This document shows, piece after piece, positions 21,859-29,433 of a stretch of 64,000 nt of DNA. The notes beneath the pieces were generated by a model, which ran no database searches, was not told the origin of the DNA, and saw only the letters and a list, made by a program, of their open reading frames with translations. The stretch comes from an uncultured Actinomycetes bacterium. Lineage in GTDB: Bacteria > Actinomycetota > Thermoleophilia > Gaiellales > Gaiellaceae. How positions within the stretch are numbered: position 1 is the stretch's first letter; each line of letters opens with the position of its first letter. Both the position numbers and the translations under genes were made by a program. Location of the stretch: contig CAVVZV010000003.1 in NCBI GenBank assembly GCA_963752845.1, forward strand, positions 320,708 to 384,707. The letters run 5' to 3'.

Positions 21859-22610
21859 CTAGGTGTACCTGCCTCCTCGGGTCCTGGCTCGCGAGGCGGA
21901 GACCGCATGGGCCTCGGCTTCGAGCGCATCCGCGAGCGGATCGAGCTCGTCGCCTCGCTGCCGGTTCGATGCGCCAGGGCCTCCGCGAGGAGCCAGTCGG
22001 CCAGCCACGGATTCCGAGGCAAGAGCGGCCCGTGGAGGTACGTCCCGATTGCTCGGCCGACGCGGCAGCCTTCGAAGCCGCTCTCGCCGTCATTGCCGAA
22101 CCCCGCGATGACCCGGCCCAGCGGCTCAGCTCCGTCGTCGAGGATCGTCCGGCCGGCGTGGTTCTCGAACCCGGCGAGCGTGCGCCGCCGCCCAGGCATG
22201 AGCTCGCACTCGAGCAGCACGTCGCCGATCATCCGCCGCTCGCCGGCCACCGTGTGGAGCGGGAGGAGTCCGATCCCGGGCAGCTCGTCCCCGCTTCGCT
22301 CCCGGTAGAAGCGCCCGAGCAGCTGGTAGCCGCCGCAGACCGCGAGCACCGCGGCGCCGCCCGCCACCGCCTCGACGAGACCCTCCTTGCCGGCCAGGTC
22401 ACGCGCGACGAGCGCCTGCTCCGGTCCTGGCCGCCGCCGATGTAGTAGAGGTCGTGCGCGCCGGGCTCGACCGGATCGTTCATCCCGATCGCGGCGACCT
22501 CCAAGCTCGTGCCCGCGCCAGGCCGCCCGCCTGGCGAGCACGGCGATGTTGCCGCGATCGGCGTAGATGTTGAGGTAGCTGGGGTAGAGATGGCCGACGC
22601 GGATCTTCAT
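21859..22610 (-). CDS. gatD: Lipid II isoglutaminyl synthase glutaminase subunit GatD (CobB/CobQ-like GATase), with about three apparent frameshifts (~22500, ~22423, ~21953)
   Basis: MKIRVGHLYPSYLNIYADRGN, AVCGGYQLLG, TYLHGPLLPRNP. The segment EVAAIGMNDPVEPGAHDLYYIGGGQDR lies in ORF 22229..22504. The C-terminus DELDPLADALEAEAHAV is restored in another frame, with stop at 21859-21861. Confidence 0.8.
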
Positions 22611-22770
22611 CGCCGAACCTCCTGACGGACAGCGTATCGACCGGTCGTTTCAGACGCCCGCGCAGGCAGGGACGGCGGGCACGCTGGCAAAGCCAGCATG
22701 CGCTCGAGACGGCATCGCAAGCGATGCCTGAGCTGCACGGGCTGAAGGCGACACCGCAAGCGGCGTCTCA
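22611..22770 (-). repeat. Intercistronic modular stem-loop cassette, copy 4 (A, B, C, tail, SD), in sense with murT-gatD
   Basis: The reverse complement reads ATGAGACGCCGC-TT-GCGGTGTCGCC, TTCAGCCCGTGCAGCTCA, GGCATCGC-TT-GCGATGCC (22711-22728), GCGCATGCTGGC-TTT-GCCAGCGTGCCC (22677-22703), CGTCTGAAACGACCGGTCGATAC (22634-22656), then CAGGAGGTTCGGCG-ATG (gatD start). Confidence 0.85.
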
Positions 22771-24145
22771 TGCCGCCTGCTCCCAGTAGGGCCGGGCGAA
22801 ACCGCGCTCGGTGACAATGCGGCGCAGTCCGAGCATCGCCGTGTACGTCGGGATCACGAACAACTCGCTTCCGCTCGGCGTCAGCTCGAGGCCGCGGTCC
22901 AGCGCTCGCCCGAGGTCCGGCTCCACTTCGATCGCGCCCTCGTCGAACCCCGCGTACTTGAAGCGCAGGGCGAGCTCGGCGGCGCGCTGACCGGTCACGA
23001 CGACACGCTCGAGACGCTCGAGCAGGGGCTCGAAATCGACGTCCCAGATCCACGAGACGTCGCGGCCGTCCGCGATCTCGTCGTTGAGCGCGATCAGGGC
23101 CCGGCGAGGCGCACCGCCGGCGACGAGCGTCCGGACGACCTCGTTCGCGCCGGCCGGATTCTTGACGAGCAGCATCAGCACCGTCCGCTCGCCGATGCGC
23201 AGACGCTCGAACCGCCCAAACGCGGCCGTGAAGCGCTCCAGGCCCGTTTTGATCTCGTCGCGCGACGCCCCGAGCACACGCGCCAGCGCTGCCGCGGCCA
23301 GCGCGTTGTAGACGTTGTAGAGCCCGGGGAGACGCAGCCGCACAGGCATCGATCCTTCGTCGTCGACCAGATCGAACGAGACCGCTTCCAGGCCCGTGTA
23401 GCTCGATCGACCGCGCGGTGAGGTCGAGCGCCGGACGGGCATGACCGCAGGCGGGGCAGCGGTAGTCGCCGAGGTGCCCGACGTATGCCGCCGCGTAGTC
23501 GTAGGGCGTGCCGCAGCGCAGGCACCACTTCGAGTCCGCGGCGTGCTGGAGCTCAGGCGCGGCCCGTCGCGGGTCATCCAAGCCGAAGACGATGCTGCTC
23601 GGACGGTCGCGCGCCAGGTCGCCCACCTGTGGATCGTCGCCGTTGACGACGAGCTCCGTGCCGTCGCCGAGCTCCGCCACGGCCCGGCGCCAGCGCTCGG
23701 CGACGAGCTCGAGCTCGCCGTAGCGGTCGAGCTGGTCGCGGAAGAGGTTGCCCAGGCAGAGCGCACGTGGGCGGACCCGACGGGCGACGTCGGGAAGCGC
23801 GGCCTCGTCGACCTCGAACAGGCCGAGCTCGGCCTCCCGGGCCGAGAGCAGCGTGGAAGCGACTCCCGAGATCAGGTTCGCTCCGGAGCTGTTGTGGGCG
23901 AGCCGCACCCGACCCTCGAGGATCTCGGCGACCATCGCAGTCGTCGTCGTCTTGCCGTTGGTGGCCGAGACGAGGGCCGCTCCCAGGGGGAGCCGCGCCG
24001 CCAGGCGCTCGACCGCCTCGGGCGCGAGGAACGTGAGCACCTTGCCCGGCACGGTCGTTCCACCGCCCGTTCGCGCGAGCCGTGACAGGCCTCCGGCCGC
24101 GCGCGCCGCGGCGACTCCGGCGGTTAGCGGAAGGCGGAGACGCAC
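22768..24145 (-). CDS. murT: Lipid II isoglutaminyl synthase MurT (Mur-ligase family), with one apparent frameshift (~23392)
   Basis: SATNGKTTT P-loop and a Cys4 ribbon CLRCGTPYDY...YRCPACG (ORF 22607..24145). The C-terminal half lies in ORF 22768..23766 (LPGLYNVYNALAAAA..., DUF1727-like end). Its stop is the TGA that opens the repeat. Confidence 0.85.
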
Positions 24146-24205
24146 GTCGTGAGCGTACTCACAGGCCCTGCTCGATGGGCGCCATTTAGCGGCGCTAGCC
24201 TACGC

Positions 24206-24233
24206 TTGCATCTGAGCGAATTCGCTCTATCCT
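24206..24233 (+). promoter_or_regulatory. Candidate sigma-70 promoter giving a leaderless mRNA, with a 14-bp palindrome in the spacer
   Basis: TTGCAT (24206-24211), a 16-nt spacer containing GAGCGAATTCGCTC (24214-24227), and TATCCT (24228-24233). The ATG at 24241 lies 7 nt downstream, and there is no SD. Confidence 0.4.
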
Positions 24234-24240
24234 TATTGCC

Positions 24241-24954
24241 ATGGCGCGAAGACCTGCGCGCGAGCTGCTGGAGGGCATCGACCGCGACGCGCTGGCCCGC
24301 TTCCAAGCCGGAATCCGGAAGCGCTACTCGGACGAGGACATCCTCGAGCAGCTCATCGACTCCGCCCGACGGTTGGGACGCTCGCCGTCGATGCGAGAGT
24401 TCACCGCCGACCCGGAGACCACGGTGCACCCGCAGACGGTGATCGAGCACTTTGGTAGCTGGAACGCTGCCAAGCGGGCCGCCGGGCTGGTGCCGCGCCG
24501 GTTCGCGACACGCGAGGAGCTCCTACGACTCCTGCGCGAGCTGGGAGAGACCCTCGGCCGCCCGCCGACGGCGCGGGACCTCGACGAGCATCGGCGCTCG
24601 ATGCCGTCGAAGTCCCTCTACTGGCACACGTTCGGTTCGCTCACGAAGGCTCTCCGTGAAGCCGGCTTCGACGTGCCGGTGGGGGAGGAACGGCTCGAGC
24701 GGGCAGTCGACCAGGGAACCGAGCTCGCCCTCGAGCTCGGCCACCTTCCGAAGTTCCAGGAGTGGGCCGCGGCGCGCAAAGAGGACCCGTCGCTCCTCAC
24801 CGAGTGGCAGGTGTACCGAATGTTCGACGTCCGCCGCGGCGCCTGGTCGACGTTCCAGTTCCTCATCCGGGAACGGCTCGTCGAAGACGGCTACGAGATC
24901 GGGCGAGACGGAAAGGTCTCAGCCAAGCGCGGCAAGCGCCGTCAGCAAGCGTAG
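24241..24954 (+). CDS. Hypothetical protein built from three homing-endonuclease-associated (HNH_repeat-like) repeats, with no nuclease domain
   Basis: Three ~50-aa repeats of the type LG(R/H)xP(S/T)xxEF...FGSWxxAxxxAG: RLGRSPSMREF..HFGSWNAAKRAAGL, TLGRPPTARDL..TFGSLTKALREAGF, and ELGHLPKFQEW...GAWSTFQFL. Confidence 0.55.
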   Translation: MARRPARELLEGIDRDALARFQAGIRKRYSDEDILEQLIDSARRLGRSPSMREFTADPETTVHPQTVIEHFGSWNAAKRAAGLVPRRFATREELLRLLRELGETLGRPPTARDLDEHRRSMPSKSLYWHTFGSLTKALREAGFDVPVGEERLERAVDQGTELALELGHLPKFQEWAAARKEDPSLLTEWQVYRMFDVRRGAWSTFQFLIRERLVEDGYEIGRDGKVSAKRGKRRQQA

Positions 24955-25710
24955 ACAGCTCTCGCGCTCGCCCGGAGCGCGCACGGCTGGAAGCGGCGTC
25001 TCCGTGAAGCGGTCGTCCGGCCGGAAGCGCTCGCACGTCACCTCGCGGCCTTCCTCGAGGCGGAGCAGCGTGCCCTCCTCGAGCTCGCGCTTGCGCAGCG
25101 GCAGCCGCATGAAGTACTCGCACCCTTCGAGCGCCTGCTTGGTCGAGGCGAAGAAGACCCCGTGAGGGCTGTCGCCGACCCAAAGCGGACGACCGACGCC
25201 GCGGGCGAGGTAGACGACGCCGGGCTCGCGCGCGTCCATCCAGGCGGCGGCCATCGAGCCGCGGAGCTGCTCCAGCGTCTCGCCCCGCGAACCGAACTCG
25301 TCGGCCAGTGCGAGGATCGCCGCGGTGTCGACGGACATCTCCGGGTGATCGCGCTCGAGGCCGTGCGTCTCGAAAATCTCGTCGTCGTTGACGATGACCC
25401 CGTTGTGAATCCCGACCACCTCGCCGTGCCGGACGGGGTGGTTGTTGGCCTCGATCGTCGGATGCCCCTTTGTGTAGTCGCGCACGTGGATCAGGACCTC
25501 CGACGCGTCCTGCGGGACCGCCAGCTCCTTGAGCAGCGCGCTGGCGCCCGCGCGGCGCTTGTGCACAACGGTGGGCCCGCCGGGGGAGCGGTGTGCATAG
25601 CCGACGGCGTCGGCGCCGCGCTCAGCGATGCCGGTGAGCAGCGCCTGGGCAGAGAGTGTTCTTGCGATTCCCGCACCCGGCTCGAGGCTATATCCAGCGA
25701 TTCCGCACAT
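24919..25710 (-). CDS. Stand-alone class II (Ntn) glutamine amidotransferase domain protein
   Basis: N-terminal MCGIAG nucleophile as in AsnB/GlmS, then HVRDYTKG..NNHP..HNGVI. 263 aa with no synthase domain. Confidence 0.75.
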   Translation of the reverse strand: MCGIAGYSLEPGAGIARTLSAQALLTGIAERGADAVGYAHRSPGGPTVVHKRRAGASALLKELAVPQDASEVLIHVRDYTKGHPTIEANNHPVRHGEVVGIHNGVIVNDDEIFETHGLERDHPEMSVDTAAILALADEFGSRGETLEQLRGSMAAAWMDAREPGVVYLARGVGRPLWVGDSPHGVFFASTKQALEGCEYFMRLPLRKRELEEGTLLRLEEGREVTCERFRPDDRFTETPLPAVRAPGERESCLRLLTALAALG

Positions 25711-25864
25711 GGTCTGATCTTAGGAACGGCCCCTGACGGCCTCACGTGCCCTTGTCCGCAAACACGCGACGCCCTCGAGAGACCCCGTTCCTTATGACGC
25801 CTATAAGTCCGTTCGGTTAGTGCCGGGCGGCGGTTCGGGCTTGGAGTCGCGCGGGGCGGCCTGC

Positions 25865-26925
25865 TCAGCCGACGGATTCGATCTCGTGCAGCCGCGAGAG
25901 GCGCTTGAGCGCCTGGCCTTCGATCTGCCGGACGCGCTCGCGCGTGAGGTCCAGGCGCCGTCCGATCTCCTCGAGCGTCTTCGGCTCCGAGTTGTCGAGC
26001 CCGTAGCGGAGGATCAGTACCTTCCGCTCGCGCTCGCCGAGCGCCGCCAGAGCGCGCGCGCGAGCGCCTGGCTGCGCAGCAGCACCTCGACCTGCTCGTC
26101 GGGGCTGGGCCCGTCGCCGGCGACGAAGTCGCCGAACACCGCATCCTCCTGGTCACCGACGGGTTGATCGAGGCTCGTCGAGGCGTGCGCTGCCGCCTTG
26201 ACCTCCTTCGCCTGATCGAGCGGAAGGCTCGCCTCCTCGGCGATCTCCTCGAGCGTCGGCTCCCGCCCGAGCTGCGTCCAGAGGATCCGCTCGGCCTTGT
26301 TCAGCTTCTGCAGGCGCTCGACGATGTGCACGGGCATCCGAATCGTCCTGGCCTTGTCCGCAAGCGCCCTGGCGACGGCCTGGCGGATCCACCACGTCGC
26401 GTAGGTCGAGAACTTGTACCCGCGCCGCCAGTCGAACTTCTCAACCGCGCGGATCAGGCCGAGGGTGCCCTCCTGGATCAGGTCGAGGAACGGCAGTCCC
26501 TGGTTGCGGTAGTTCTTCGCGATCGAGACGACCAGGCGGAGGTTCGACTGGATCATGCGCTGCTTTGCCTGCATGTCGCCGCGCTCGATCCGCTTCGAGA
26601 GCTCAACCTCCTGCGCCGCGGTCAACAGCGGATGCCGGCCGGCCTCGCGCAGGAACAGCTGAAGCGCGTCGGTCGTCGTCTCGACGAAGACCGGCGCGGG
26701 CGGCGGTGGAGCCGGCTCCGGTGCGCGCTCCTCTTCGATGATCTCGATCCCACGTTGCTCGAGCTCCTGACGGAAGGCCTCGAGCTCGAGCGCGTCCAGC
26801 TCGAGCGGCTCGAGCACCTCGTGAAGCTCCTGCTGTCGCACCGCGCCGCCCATCTGCTCGGCAGCTTCGAGCAGGTGCCGCACGTCATCGCTACCGAGGA
26901 CGGCTTCGATCTCAACCGTTGTCAT
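25865..26925 (-). CDS. RNA polymerase principal-type sigma-70 factor (RpoD/SigA-like), with one apparent frameshift (~26049)
   Basis: Regions 1.2 to 3 lie in ORF 26014..26925 ([35 protein letters not shown]). Region 4 ([46 protein letters not shown]) is recovered by shifting frame, with stop at 25865-25867. Confidence 0.9.
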
Positions 26926-27244
26926 GCGCGCTTGTTTGTCTTTTCCACGAGCGGGGCGACGTCAAACAGGGACCGGCTTTGCCCTTCCGAGCGGCGAGGG
27001 CGAGCATAGCCCAGATTCTTTCTTGTGTCCTTCATGCTCGGGCTCGCGGCTTGAGTTGACTCAAGAGACAAATCCTCGTGCCGGCTCAGCTCCTCCGACC
27101 TCGATGCCAAGTGCCGGAGCCAGTGCACGCTAACCGGTGTTATGTCAAGTTCGAGGAGAAGTGGCGAAACGCGCCCTTCCTCCCCAGCTCGTCGAGGCTC
27201 GGCATTTTCCGCGGGGTCGCGGAGCGGCCGGCGACCTTCGGACC

Positions 27245-27298
27245 ACAAAAAAGTTCTGCCACCAGCTGTACCCGTGGGCACCTCCGGTGGCAGAACTT
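27245..27298 (-). terminator. Intrinsic terminator (13-bp stem followed by U6)
   Basis: The minus strand reads AAGUUCUGCCACC-(22-nt loop)-GGUGGCAGAACUU followed by UUUUUUG. Arms at 27251-27263 and 27286-27298; A-run at 27247-27252 on the plus strand. Confidence 0.7.
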
Positions 27299-27470
27299 TC
27301 GCCGAGCCGATTTCGCTTTCGTCCACCGATCGCATTGACTTTCGCCTTCCGGCTACAGCCTTCACGATCGGCTTCGGCCTACTCGCGTCCCGTACTCGAC
27401 GCAAGGAGGACAATACGGTCGTCCCACGTGAGATTCAAGACCTTGGAAGCGCCGAAAAGTGAAAAGTCTT
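27299..27470 (-). ncRNA. Candidate small RNA or structured leader terminating at 27245 (class unknown)
   Basis: Non-coding, lower-GC stretch with several stems:
- CUUGCGUC-GAGUACGG-GACGCGAG.
- GCCGAUCG...CGAUCGGU, with an alternative GCCGAAGCCGAU...AUCGGCUCGGC.
- GGCU-GU-AGCC.
- GAAA-type loops.
It ends at a clean terminator. The 5' end is not defined. Confidence 0.3.
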
Positions 27471-27491
27471 CGCTCTTTGCAAACTTTTCTT

Positions 27492-27532
27492 TTTTCCACA
27501 TTTCCACAGCCATCTCTGCAACCTGTGGATAA
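27492..27532. promoter_or_regulatory. Cluster of three DnaA-box-like 9-mers
   Basis: TTTTCCACA (27492-27500), ATTTCCACA (27500-27508), and the reverse complement of TTATCCACA (27524-27532, a perfect consensus). AT-rich 9-mers are rare in this GC-rich context. Confidence 0.3.
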
Positions 27533-27569
27533 CTCGGTTCACGTTACGATCCACGTCGTGCACCTGCGC

Positions 27570-27764
27570 ATGCCCAGCTTCGACCGTGGCGTGACTTCCT
27601 TCCTGTGGGCGTTCGGACTCGGGCTTTTCCTGTGGCTCGGCATGCTCGCGATCGGCGTCTCCGGGGCGACGGCGTTCATCATCTCGGTGCTCTCCGCGTG
27701 CGCGATCTTCCTCTTCGTCCGCCTCTACGGCGAGGACGAGGTCCGCCAAACTCGGCGCCCCTAG
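27570..27764 (+). CDS. Small membrane protein (64 aa, two TM helices)
   Basis: MPSFDRGVTSFLWAFGLGLFLWLGMLAIGVSGATAFIISVLSACAIFLFVRLYGEDEVRQTRRP, within ORF 27459..27764. No family recognised and no SD. Confidence 0.45.
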   Translation: MPSFDRGVTSFLWAFGLGLFLWLGMLAIGVSGATAFIISVLSACAIFLFVRLYGEDEVRQTRRP

Positions 27765-28279
27765 TACTGAATCAGCGAGTAGAGCGGGTACTTGTTCACC
27801 CGCTCGCGGCCGCCGAGGAAGCCGAGCTCGATGATGAAGCACACCCCCACGACCTCGCCGCCGAGCTGCTCGACGAGCCCTCCGATCGCTTCAACCGTTC
27901 CCCCCGTTGCAAGCACGTCGTCGTGAATCACCACGCGCGCGCCGTCCGCGATGGCGTCGGCGTTCAGCTCCAGCGCGTTCTGGCCGTACTCGAGGGCGTA
28001 GGTTGCGCTGACCGTCTCCGGGGGCAGCTTTCCGGGCCGCCGGGCCGGGACGAACCCACACGGAACCTCCTTGGCGATTGCGGCGCCGAGGATGAAGCCT
28101 CGCGCCTCGGCCCCGAGGACCAGGTCGGGACGCCGCTCGCGCGTCCAGCCGGCGAGCTCCGTGATCGTCTGACTCAGCGCCTCCGGATCTCGCAGCAGCG
28201 GACTGACGTCTTTGAAGCCGACCCCCGGCTCCGGCCAGTCCGGAACCTCACGGACACGAGTCTTGAGGTCGATCGTCAT
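27761..28279 (-). CDS. apt: Adenine phosphoribosyltransferase
   Basis: 172 aa from MTIDLKTRV, with PRPP motif VVIHDDVLATGGT. ATGA overlap with the upstream MerR gene stop. Confidence 0.9.
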   Translation of the reverse strand: MTIDLKTRVREVPDWPEPGVGFKDVSPLLRDPEALSQTITELAGWTRERRPDLVLGAEARGFILGAAIAKEVPCGFVPARRPGKLPPETVSATYALEYGQNALELNADAIADGARVVIHDDVLATGGTVEAIGGLVEQLGGEVVGVCFIIELGFLGGRERVNKYPLYSLIQY

Positions 28280-28968
28280 CAGGAGGGGACACCTCGTAAG
28301 GCCCGCCAGAAGAGCAGCTGGGCGAGCTCCTGGGCCAGCTCCGCGAGCAGTAGCAGGTCCTCGACACCCGCCTGCCGGCGCTCGGGGTTTCGGGAGCGCA
28401 GCGACGGCGTCACGATCGCAGCGAGGAGCCCGACCTCGCGGTCGGCCGCGGTGCGAAACGCGCGAAGATGACGAGCGTCGACTCCGAAGCGCGCCAACTT
28501 CGCGCACACCGCGGCGATGTCGGCCTCGCCTTCCACAAAGCGGCGCTCGCCGCCCTCGACCCGCGACTCGATCAGCCCATACTCCTCGAGCTCGCGCGCG
28601 AAGCCCGTCGTGACGCCTGCCCGCTCGCACAACTCCCCGAGCTCGATCTCGTCTTGCTCGCCCCCGCCCGCCGATCGACCCCGGCGCCGGCGCTTCTTCC
28701 CGGGCGCCGAAGCAAGCTCCTGCCTAATCACCCGCAGGGGCAGGAACTCGTCGCGCTGAAGGCGCAGGATCGTGCGCAGCCGCTCGACGTCGTCGTCCGC
28801 GTAGAGCCGGTAGCGGCCGGGAGTCCGCCGCGGGGCGAGCAAGCCCTGGTCCTCGAGATACCGGATTTTCGAGATCGAGATGTCCGGGAACTCCTCCTGG
28901 AGCAACGTGCAGACCGCCCCGATCGTAAGCGGCCGGTTCTCCTGCGGGGTGACGGTCGTCGCGCTCAT
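28279..28968 (-). CDS. MerR-family transcriptional regulator (FtsR/Rv1828-like by position)
   Basis: TIGAVCTLLQEEFPDISISKIRYLEDQGLLAPRRTPGRYRLYADDDVERLRTILRLQRDEF is a MerR HTH. ATGA overlap with the FHA gene stop at 28965-28968. Confidence 0.8.
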   Translation of the reverse strand: MSATTVTPQENRPLTIGAVCTLLQEEFPDISISKIRYLEDQGLLAPRRTPGRYRLYADDDVERLRTILRLQRDEFLPLRVIRQELASAPGKKRRRRGRSAGGGEQDEIELGELCERAGVTTGFARELEEYGLIESRVEGGERRFVEGEADIAAVCAKLARFGVDARHLRAFRTAADREVGLLAAIVTPSLRSRNPERRQAGVEDLLLLAELAQELAQLLFWRALRGVPS

Positions 28969-29426
28969 TTCTGCAGGAAGGTCAGCCGGTACTTGCCGAT
29001 CTGGAGCTCGTCGCCGTCGGCGAGCTCGGCGCTCTCGATTCGACGTCGGTTGACGAACGTCCCGTTCAGGCTGCCCTGGTCCTCGATCACGAATCGGCCG
29101 TCGTTTCGGCGCAGCACGGCGTGGTGGCGCGAGACCGTGACGTCGTCGAGGAAGATGTCGCAGTCCGGCGACCGCCCGATCGTCGTCGCCTCCGCCTGGG
29201 GGATGAAGTGCTCCCCCGCGCGGCCGCCGCCGGAGCGGACGACGAGCGCCGGTCCCTCCATCCCGAGGTCTTCGAGCGGCGACGATTCCTCCAGCTCGTC
29301 CGGCTCGAAGGCCATCGTCGTGTCTTCGGCGACGGCCTCGCGTACGAGAGCAGCGCCGCACTTCGAGCAGTAGTTGGCGGCCTCAGGGTTCTGAAAGCCG
29401 CACTCGGGACAGTAGACGTGGCTCAT
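28965..29426 (-). CDS. FHA-domain protein with an N-terminal zinc ribbon (GarA/OdhI-like position)
   Basis: CPECGFQNPEAANYCSKCG followed by an FHA core (TIGRSPDCDIFLDDVTVSRHHAVL...GSLNGTFVN). Confidence 0.85.
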   Translation of the reverse strand: MSHVYCPECGFQNPEAANYCSKCGAALVREAVAEDTTMAFEPDELEESSPLEDLGMEGPALVVRSGGGRAGEHFIPQAEATTIGRSPDCDIFLDDVTVSRHHAVLRRNDGRFVIEDQGSLNGTFVNRRRIESAELADGDELQIGKYRLTFLQK

Positions 29427-29433
29427 CGGGCGG

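Noticed and set aside
14623-22610. Treating the frameshifted housekeeping genes as true pseudogenes or as programmed frameshifts.
   Set aside because: The affected genes include indispensable ones (rpsB, tsf, frr, pyrH, the sigma factor). The shifts fall in short runs and repeats with no slippery-site or stimulator pattern. Sequencing indels are the parsimonious explanation.
25722-25792. 8-bp long-range pairing (AGGAACGG / CCGTTCCT) enclosing ~55 nt in the leader of the stand-alone amidotransferase gene; a possible riboswitch.
   Set aside because: It is a single helix with no resemblance to any riboswitch consensus I can recall and no terminator or clear SD-sequestering logic. It needs comparative data before being reported.
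26922-27413. 163-aa ORF (or its last 37 codons, MKDTRKNLGY...KRA) ending in a TGA that overlaps the sigma-factor ATG; a possible coupling uORF.
   Set aside because: The long frame runs through the intrinsic terminator hairpin and has no SD. The short version also lacks an SD. Only the ATGA overlap is suggestive, and that is not enough.
27492-27532. Interpreting the DnaA-box clusters (here and at 47658-47746) as the chromosomal origin.
   Set aside because: No dnaA, dnaN or rpmH is nearby, there are only three boxes per locus, and I saw no AT-rich unwinding element. They are kept only as possible regulatory or titration sites.
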